From Octopus vulgaris (lineage: Eukaryota): a stretch of 64,000 nt of DNA. The notes beneath the pieces are model-generated. The model saw only the letters and a program-made list of their open reading frames with translations, was not told the origin of the DNA and did not search any database. Position 1 is the stretch's first letter. Each line of letters begins with the position of its first letter. This document shows positions 54,381 to 64,000 of this stretch, one piece after another. The stretch lies in the NCBI GenBank assembly GCA_951406725.2, contig OX597819.1, positions 95,108,001 to 95,172,000 on the forward strand. The letters are read 5' to 3'. Position numbers and translations under genes: made by a program.

Positions 54381-54757
54381 CGAGAGGGGGTACCCAAAAG
54401 TAACTGGAAACGTTCACTGTGGGACAAGTCCGTTGTAGTTCAGGCTTCTGTCACTAGAAGCCACTTGATGTGACCTTAAAACATTAGTATACCGACCAGC
54501 GTCGTTGGGTGAAGTCGTACATCCACGTGATGCGTCTTTATTTTGTAGTGCTTCTCCTCTGTTGGCCAATTTTTTGCGATGGCTGAAACGAAGGAACAGC
54601 GTGCTTCCGTGAAATTCTGTTTTCTGTTACAGAAAACGGCGGCTTAAATAGTTGTCATGCCTTAGACTGCTTGCAAGACGCTAGCATGAGCAAAACAAGA
54701 TTACGAGTGGTTTTCACACTTTAGGAATGGCCGCTTGTCGCTTGAAGACCAACATCT
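54381..54757 (+). mobile_element. Mariner 5' fragment
   Basis: TA|CGAG.GGGG terminus; ATG at 54579 gives MAETKEQRASVKFCFLL...YEWFSHFRNGRLSLED. Confidence 0.8.
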
Positions 54758-55083
54758 GTTGCTTCTATTTTTCTTCCCTTTCTTGGTTTCTTCTATTTTG
54801 AAGTTTCACGAAACAATTCTTTGAAAGAAAAAAGAACACACTTGAGTGACATTCCTTTCTCTTGATGATATTTATTGCTTAAATTTTTTAAAAAATTAGT
54901 TTTACTTGTTTTTGTCACTGGATTGCGGCCATGCTAGGGCACCGCTTTGAGGAATTTAGTAGAACAAATCACCCCAAATACCAAATTATAAAAAAACGTA
55001 CTTATTCTGTCAGGTATTATTTCCTGGTATTATAGAAGGTAACAAAGGTATACGTCATATCTATGATAGGTAACATTCTAGAT

Positions 55084-55348
55084 CAGTGGTTCCCAAAATT
55101 TTCAGGCTGCCACCCCCTTGACACCTAGGCTATATTCCTAGCGCCCGCCCCTACTCACCACTACAAACATTGACCATTATCTGTAGCAAATTCAACGCAA
55201 CTGCATTTCGCAAATAAAACTTAACCTAATTAACTCATTATTTTGGGGGTTTTATATCCACTGACCCCTTTTGGTCACCCCGATATCGTCCAACTTTCCT
55301 TCAACGCACCCCACTGGATCTTTCCATCACCTACTTTGAGAACCAGTC
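55084..55348. mobile_element. hAT-type MITE
   Basis: CAGTGGTTCCCAAA...TTTGAGAACCAGT termini; degenerate TSD TTCTAGAT/TTATAAAT. Confidence 0.65.
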
Positions 55349-55505
55349 TTATAAATCGTTATATAAGCTTCATTCCAAACTAAAGCTAGTTACTATTTTA
55401 CTAAACTCTCATGAACTTAAGCCATTTTATGAAACTACCATCAATAATCATGAGAGCATTTATTATCTTCCCCATTGTTGTTAATTACGTGCGCACACAC
55501 ACACA

Positions 55506-55570
<65 letters not shown>

Positions 55571-56366
55571 ACACACACGCACATGCAGAAGCACACACGC
55601 CGCCATGTACTTACTCTTACATTTGCATATACGTATTCATACATGCAGACATATACGAACACACACATATACACGTTATAATTCATTGCTACTTGATAAG
55701 CCGACTTAATCAGGAATGTTATATATGGTTGTCAAAGCCTGTCTAGGTCAACTTGCTCTTTCGCCCCACCATGAGAAAAAAAGTCATGCAGACAGTTTTC
55801 AAGTCGGTAAAGAATCGATCAACCGACTAAAAAACACTTAGTTCGTATCTCAATGCAATATGACTAAGGGTCACGAACTCAAACTAGTTACTCATTCATT
55901 CTGTCGCTTGTTAAACACACATACATCATGCATATACGGGCGCGCGCACGCAAGCATGTGTGCGTGTGAGGGGGGAGAGATAGAAAGAAAGAAAGAGCGG
56001 AGAGAGAAAATACTTATACATTTGGTGAATGTAGCCTTGACTAGGAGTTGATACCATTGCACACTGTCCAACGCTGAATGAGAGCTTCGACCTCGAACCG
56101 TATAATATAGTACAATACAACCTAATGTAATTATCCTTTCTACTAAAATCACAAGGCCTGAAATCTGGCAGGAAAGCAAGTCGATCACTGGTTCTTAATT
56201 TATCGACCCCGAAAGGATGAAAGGCAAAGTCGACCACGTTCGATTTTGAACTCAGAACGTAAAGACGGACGAAATACCGCTAAACATTTCGCCCGGTGTG
56301 CTAACGATTCTGCCAGATCGTCGCCTTATAACCTCATGTAATAATACAATATGATATACCTATCCA

Positions 56367-56449
<83 letters not shown>

Positions 56450-57305
56450 TATAAACAGCTTTAACGATTACACTAGCGTGAAACTCCGAGGTGGTATGAC
56501 ATGAATTATCATCTCTATATATATAAACGGCAAAATGTCTATGTGTGTGTGAGTCCTTTATACAAATCCACACTTTTTCAGTTAGAGGGCTCGCACTTTC
56601 TATGGTCATTCAAAACCGTCCAAGGGTGGTCGTGCACATCTTTACATTTCCCCAATCATCCCGCAAAGCCATTAAAAAAAAATCAATAGAAGTGACTTTT
56701 TTTATGAATTCTCTATCCAAAACCCAATCAAAATGCCCAAAACTTGATACGCCAATTAAATGCCCGCTAGCTGTATGTGATTGGTCGGAGATTTTGACAG
56801 TACTCACGTGTATGTGCGCACGCATGCAGTTGTATATGCATGCACTAGCATGCATATACTTGCCGTGTCATAGTGCTAGTTACACATTAAAAAAATATGT
56901 ATTACTATCTTATCTGCAATATCTATATAAGTATCATTATATGAAAATAGTAGCATTATATCTTCTACAAAAAGTGCACAAATGACATCACGGCGTCTTG
57001 AAAAAGAATGAATATTGTGTATCAAAGTCTACATCATCTAATTTGAGCTTTATTTTATCGAAATGAAGAAAGACAAAGTTGGCTCTACAAAAACTTGGGT
57101 TCAGACCCTTAGAGAAAAAATACCGCAAGAAGTTTAGTCCTCCATTGTAATGATTCTGCCAATAATTTACCATTTTAATGCATCATAATAACTGTTTCTA
57201 ATTTTGGTAAATGTTAATAATGTTTTCTCACATAGGCATAAAGCCAGAAACTCTTTTGGGGAGGAGGTGCTATCGATTAAATCAATCCCAGAACTTGATT
57301 GGTAC

Positions 57306-57565
57306 TGTAAGGCAGGATTCATGACAGACGAACTGTAGACAGAAACTTTTCTACAGGCTAGCCGTGGAACTGGTCTGCAGCGAGGTGGACTTCCGGTTGA
57401 GAAGTAGAAGCGAAATAATATAAGCAGTAAGCGTTAAATGAATCTGAATTATTTAAACAGAAGTAACTGGTGGCTATCAATCTGATGTACCTAAAGAAAT
57501 AAACTTTTGATAAACATATTCTCGTCTCCACGAGTTTATTCGTGTATAACTGAACAAAGGCTACA
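57306..57565 (+). repeat. 5' LTR (TG...CA, 260 bp)
   Basis: Direct repeat of 60671-60925; contains AATAAA. Confidence 0.93.
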
Positions 57566-57636
57566 AAGCGCAACCAATCATATAGCTTCGGGACCCCTTC
57601 GCGAATGGCCCAAGAAAACTCCAGAGGCAGCCGCCA

Positions 57637-60600
57637 TTGAATGCCCTAGTGGCCGGCCTACACGATCATCTGCTCCTCTATTTCCGCGATCGGAGCTCCA
57701 GGCATAGGTTCCTAATCGATACAGGAGCAGAAGTCACAGTGATCCCAGCGTCAGCAAGGGACCTCCGTTACGGAAAGCGGAGCCAACCTTTAACAGCCGC
57801 CTACAGGTCTACAATCGAGGCATACGGTCACCGCACCCTTTCTCTCAATATTGGCTCACAAAAATACCCATGGGCATTCACCATCGCCGATGTACATCAG
57901 CCCATTGTCGGGGCAAACTTTCTTCGAGCACACTTGCTACTGCTTGATTTGCAAGGAAGACTCATCAACAGCAACATATACGCTTCCCCGTCTCTGGCAA
58001 CATCTGCACATGCCACGCCCCGCATAGCAATCGTCTCGCAGACCGAGGACGAATTCTCGAATCTCCTTGCGAGTCACCCCAATCTCACTACCTCGACATT
58101 CTCCAAACCTACAGCCCACAATGGGGTAACACGCCACATCCATACTACTGGTCCCCCAGTGCACAGCCGCGTATGTTGTCTATCACCAGACAAACTTGCT
58201 ATTGCAAAGGCTGAGTTCGACAATATGGAGGCGTTGGGCATAGTTCGCCGATCAAGCAGTCCCTGGTCGTCACCCCTGCATGTGGCCTCGAAACCCAACG
58301 TAGGTTATCGACCCTGCAGAGATTACCACCGTCTCAAAGCAGATACGACACCTGACCACTACCCCATTTCAAATATACAGGATTTTTCAGCCCAGCTTGC
58401 CGGGTGCTCGATTTTCTCCAAGGTTGACCTCATTCGAGGTTACCACCAAATACCAGTACAAGATGGCGATGTACCGAAAAACTACTGTGAATATTCCTTT
58501 CGGACTGTACGAATTCCTACGTACATCCTTTGGTCTGAAAAACGCAACACAATCCTTCCAACGCTTGATGGACACCGTGTGCAGAGGTCTTGATTTCGTC
58601 TTTGCTTACTTAGATGATATCCTTATTGCAAGCCAAAATGTGGAGCTACACAAGAAGCACCTAGTGACTCTTTTTGATAGACTGGAACAGTATGGCTTAG
58701 TAATCAACCCCGCCAAATGCGTTTTTGGTGTCACAGAAATCGACTTCTTGGGACACCGAATCATTGGTGGCGGCGCTACACCTCTGCCATAAAAAGTAAA
58801 AGCTATCCTATCTTTTCCACGCCCCACAACAAGAAAGGTTCTGCACCAATCTGTGGGCATGGTAAACTTTTACCATCGCTTCATCCCTTCTGTAGCAAGC
58901 GTGACGAGACCCCTATACAAAACACAGTCAAAAGATGATTCAAAGGACAGGTGGAGTAGGGTGGTGCAATGACCTCAGCCTTCGAATCCACAAAACAGGC
59001 CTTGGCTAAGCAACCATGCTGTCCAATCCTCATATGTCAGCTTGGACTGCACTCACAGTTAACGTATCTGACACAGCCATTGGGGGTGTTTTGGAACAAC
59101 ACATCAACAGTCAGTGGCGAACACTCGCCTTCTTCAGTCGACAACTACGACCCCCTGAACAGAAATACAGTGCTTTTGACAGGAAACTACTGGTTGTCCA
59201 TCTAAGTGTCCACCACTTTCACTATTTCCTTGAAAGCTATACGTTCACAGTGTTCACAGACCACAAACCACTCACCTTTGTTATGAACAAGCTTTCGGAG
59301 CCTCTGTCTGCACGCCAGCAACGGCGGCTATCGGCCATTTCTGAGTACACCACGGACATCCAACACGTAGCCGACAAGGGCAAACCAATCACCGACGCAC
59401 TCTCTCGTGCTCCTACCTGCTCTCACACCTACCTAGCCCTAATAATGGAAGGCCTGAATTATTAGGCTATGGCTATAGCCTAACAAACAGATGACGAGAT
59501 CAGGGCCAATCGCACTGCCACCGCATCACTTACCTTGCAGGATGTGCACTTTAGCTCCAACGGCATAACCCTTCTGTGTGATGTATCCACTGGAAAGCCC
59601 CACCGATCGTCCTATCAGCCTGGCGCAAGAAAATTTTCGACGTCATTTCTGGACTGTCTTACCCAGGTACTAAAGCCAAACGGCGCCAGCTGTCAAGAAA
59701 ATCTATCTAGCAGGGTATAGCTAAGCAAATTGGAGAGTGGACCAGGACATAACCACATCAATATCGATTTTGTAGGTACCCTACCACCTTCACAGGGTTG
59801 CTCGTATCTGCTGACCTTGGTAGACCGCTACACCCGCTGGCCTGATGATATTCCTCTCCGCAGCATAGAAACACAAGAAGACATCCGAGCCTTCATCACG
59901 AACTGGGTCGCCCGTTTCGGTATCCCAGACAGCATCTCATCGGATCGGGGTCCACAATTTACCTCGAAGCCGTGGAATGACATATGTGACCTTTCTGGAA
60001 TCACAATGAACCGCACAACAGCCAACCATTCATAGGCCAACGGATTAATGGAGAGATTTCACCGCCACCTGAAGGAATTCCTGACAACCAGACTTAACAC
60101 GCCCAATTGGATTGATCAACTCCCATGGGTGATGCTGGGAATCCGCACCGCTCCAAAAGAAAATTTCAACACTTCCTCCGCATAAATGGTGTATGGTGCC
60201 CCTCTTACAGTGCCAGATGTGTTCCTTCCGAATACGAAGTCAGACCCGGATGTCAAAAGGTTCCTCGCTCAACTGAGAGACAGCGTTGGCCAGTTGCGCC
60301 CTATTCCCATGTCAACTCACGGTACACCCAGTTTATCCGTACCGAACGACCTCCGCACGGCTAACTCTGTGTTCGTTCGACGTGACACACGATGAAAATT
60401 CCTTCAGTCATCCTAGGGAGACAAATCATTTCAACTCCTGATTGGTGGACGTAAAGACACAGTCTCCATCGATAGGTTGAAACCGGCCCATCTCGATACT
60501 GACAGCCCCGTTCAGGTAGCCCAACCACCAAACAGGGGCCGTTCCAGGAAGATCACAACAACCCATGACAAGGAACAGTCACCAAAGTGCCGAGTAAACA

Positions 60601-60643
60601 CACGCACGGGTAGGGTAATTAAAACGCCTTCCCGGTTCCAATG
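57637..60643 (+). pseudogene. pol: Gypsy pol (protease, RT, RNase H, integrase), multiple frameshifts and stops
   Basis: FLIDTGAEV; SSPWSSPLH; FSKVDLIRGYHQI; FAYLDDILI; FTDHKPL; ISSDRGPQFTS; ANGLMERFH. Confidence 0.95.
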
Positions 60644-60670
60644 ACAATCAACAGTTCTAGCGGGGAGCTA

Positions 60671-60925
60671 TGCAGGGTAGAATTCATGACAAATGAACTA
60701 TAGACAGGAACTTCCCTGTGGGCTAGCTAAGGAGCTGGTCTACAGCGAAGGGGACTTCTGGTTGAGAAGTAGAAGCAAAATAATATAAGCAGTAAGCGCT
60801 AAATGAATCTGAATTATTTAAACAGAAGTAACTGGTGGCTATTGCTCTGATGTACTTAAAGGAATAAACCATTGAAAAACACATTCTCTTCTCCACGAGT
60901 TTGTATACAGCTTAACAAAGCTATA
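60671..60925 (+). repeat. 3' LTR
   Basis: About 85% identical to the 5' LTR by manual alignment. Confidence 0.93.
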
Positions 60926-61069
60926 GTACCTTATTTTATCGATCCTGAAAGTATGAAATACAAAGCTGATCTCATTGTGTATAATTGCATAATGACTGTT
61001 TTGGACAGGATTTAGGACGTCAAATGTTAACTACTCCTCAAGTGTTACTACTGTTCAGGCGAGTCAACT

Positions 61070-61325
61070 AGAGAACCTCTACGTGGTCGCTAGAAATGGC
61101 AGCCAAATCCACATCAAAGCACACCCTACAGTCTTAGAAAAGAAAAACAAAGATCTGTTGAATTATGCAGTTCTGTATAGATATACTGTGTTTCAACAAC
61201 AACAGCAACAACAACAACAAACTAAAAAGAGAAAAATAAGAAAAATAGCAAACGGACAATCATAGTTGTAATACTTTTTAATTATAGATCTGCTAGGTCA
61301 GGATTGAACTGGGACTAAACAATAA
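61070..61325 (+). repeat. Old interspersed repeat family of about 200-250 bp
   Basis: GCTAGAAAT.GCAGCCAAATC...CACCCTAC.GTCTT... Degenerate copies near 2020, 33120, 46010, 49360, 52650, 61830 and 62600. Confidence 0.6.
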
Positions 61326-61940
61326 TATGAGCAGGATGTAGGAGTGTTGTATACGATTACTTGAGTGAATGACACGAAATAATTTACTCCACGTCCTCTA
61401 TTAGAAGTACTTCTCTATTTTGATGGCAATTGATTGGTCGTTTATCCAGCTATTCAGGTCAACAATGTTACATTGTCCTTTGTACACGTAACATCGGTTT
61501 CTCTGATATCATCGCTGTGGTTTTGTGGTCAAATATTCTAAAAGTTTTAAGCAGATGAAATTATTTCCATTACCTTCCATCAAAGAAATGCTTACTCGTT
61601 TTCTACTCATTAAATGGTTTAATTTCATTGGTTATAATTTCTTTTTGAGTCACTGCACTATATATGCTATCCCCCACTTAACTGCATGCATTTCGTGCAA
61701 AAGACAAAGAAAAAATTTCCATTGTCAAAGATTCTAAAAAGTATTTCTGACGTTCTCAGTCAACACACTCCCTTCAGAGTGAGGAAATTAAATAGCGCCT
61801 ATCCGTCTGGAACTTATATGGGAGCCTCAACGTTGTCGCACGATGTGCAAGAAAAGTAGCCTAATCTTCAAAAAACCACACTTTACTATCTTAGATAGAA
61901 AGAACAAATAATAATAATTTAGTCCTAAATATATTATATC

Positions 61941-62347
61941 TTATTTCTTTACTGCCCACAAGGGGATACACACAGAGGGCACAAACAAGGACAGACAAAC
62001 GGATTAAGTCGATTATATCGACCCCAGTGCGTAATTGGTACTTATTTAATCGACCCCGAAAGGATGAAAGTCAACGTCGGCGGAATTTGAACTCAGAACG
62101 TAGCGGCAGACAAAATACCTATTTCTTTACTACCCATAAGGGGATAAACACAGAGAGGACAAACAAGGACAGACAAACGGATTAAGTCGATTACATCGAC
62201 CCCAGTGCATAACTGGTACTTAATTTATCGATCCCGAAAGGATGAAAGGCAAAGTCGACCTCGGCGGAATTTGAACTCAGAACGTAACGGCAGACGAAAT
62301 ACGGCTACACATTTCGCCCGGCGTGCTAACGTTTCTGCCAGCTCGCT
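61941..62347 (-). mobile_element. Internally duplicated Meta-domain-like SINE
   Basis: Two tandem body units (61941-62120, 62120-62347), matching 20934 and 47792. Confidence 0.9.
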
Positions 62348-63792
62348 GTATAATTTCAGATATATTATATCTGAAAATAGAGGAAACCGACATGGTTGGA
62401 AGGACGTTAGTCATAGATCAGATCCATCAAGGCAGATCCGGAGCAACGCAACAACGTATATCATTCATGAATCGAACATTCAGTTGATCGAACCACTGTA
62501 TGTTAATCGTCTTGTCCGACGTTGAAGCCATCTTTAAGAGAGTGCGAATGGTCAAGTGGATAGGGGACAAAATGACAGATCAAAAACACTCAAATTACTC
62601 AGTCTTCGAGAAACAGCAGCTAAATCTCTCTTAAATCATGCCCTACAGTCTAAAATGGAGAAGTACATTGGATGTACCACATCTGAAAATGACGTGGTAT
62701 TTTTCGTGGCTGGAACTCTTTCAGTGGAGCAGGATTAACCTGGAGCTAAGCAGCAAGAACAACATTTATTATACAGAATTGCTTAAGGCCGTGAGCTGGC
62801 AGAATCGTTAGCACGCCGGGCAAAATGCTTAGCGATATTTCGTCCGTCTTTACGTTTGCGTTCAAATTCTACTGGGGTCAATTTTGCTTTTCATCCTTTC
62901 GGAGTCGATAAAGTAAGTAGCAAACTTGATGGCCTTGTACCAAAATTCAAAACCATTATACAGAATAATTTAATTTAATTTTTTTTGAGAGCGTGCAAAT
63001 AGCCAAGTAAGCATCCAATGAAGAAGCACTTAAAAGCAATTAGAGCATCGAATAGAATGACTTTCATAACGGTTCTCTACGCCCTGAGTTCAACGTTGCC
63101 GTCTCTAACAGTTCTCTACGCCCAAAGTGAACGTTTGCCGTCCATTGTTGAAGTTGACAAACAAAGTACAAGTTGAATACAGGGATTGTGTCTTTTAATA
63201 TAAATATCACTAAAATAGTGCAATTGGTTAATTTTACAACATTTGTCATCCTGATAAAAGTAACTTTTTAAAAAAGAAAAACAGTTATATTTTAAATGTG
63301 ATATCGGCACAGAAAGAAGTTAGCTCTATCTAGCTGATTGAAAGATTCGGTTTCAACATTTCATCAGTTAACATCATTTCCTTTCTCTTATCCCATAAAT
63401 GTCTCCGGATATCAAGAACTCTGACTAGTCTAATTCTTCTTTCTGGTAGCTTTCATTGTTTTGTTTCTTCGTAAGAAATATTTCTTTGTTTGAGATAATT
63501 TAGAAAAACAAGAGGGGAGAACAAGGGAATAAAAGAAAAACATAACATGCGTTGTTCTGTGAATGGTGGTATGACCTCTCACATCATTCTGCTTCTTTTG
63601 TTTTAATTGTTGTTTTGTATGAATAACACTCCAAAATAATACTAGTTCTGGTTCCACTTGATGTTGGTATAGATGGATAAGTTGTATTCCATCTAATATG
63701 ACCCTACTCAGAAGGCCGTAATATCATTTGACAGGAACACGGTATAAAGAAATACATGGAACAAGTTGGTAACTTTAAATGTCGGCCACACG

Positions 63793-63833
<41 letters not shown>

Positions 63834-63855
63834 CAAATACAGATGTCGGCCACAC

Positions 63856-63902
<47 letters not shown>

Positions 63903-64000
63903 ATACAATACATATATAAGTTTTTATTGTATCCCTGGTTTTTATGCGCTAAGCCACTTGGTGTTAAATTGATGGTATTATTAAATTAATATCTCATTTT

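Larger units (their letters stand above)
57306..60925 (+). mobile_element. Gypsy/Ty3 LTR retrotransposon, gag/PBS deleted, degenerate
   Basis: Two LTRs, 4-bp TSD GTAC, purine tract before the 3' LTR, and pol domain order PR-RT-RH-IN. Confidence 0.95.

Overview
AT-rich, repeat-dominated eukaryotic DNA, either intergenic or deep intronic. The SINE families and the density of (TA)n/(CA)n/(TACA)n/(ATT)n microsatellites suggest a cephalopod, probably Octopus; this is an inference. No intact host gene could be supported, and most ORFs in the track are microsatellite translation artefacts. Recognisable coding remnants are all transposon-derived: a DD37D/maT Tc1-mariner, two mariner derivatives, a Tigger/pogo element, a Gypsy LTR element lacking gag, three Penelope-like (RT/GIY-YIG) remnants, a Helitron PIF1-helicase remnant, and RTE and CR1/Jockey-like LINE pieces. 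There are also many SINEs, MITEs and non-autonomous Helitrons. The most interesting signal is a 340-bp non-coding fold-back element (39398-39737, 15-bp TSD) carrying a near-canonical type I hammerhead ribozyme between long inverted arms, with a flipped 6-bp spacer in one arm. A relative sits at 28507-28764, and several other hairpin-plus-tail palindromes and degenerate hammerhead cores occur across the window. Boundaries of degenerate elements were read by eye and are approximate.
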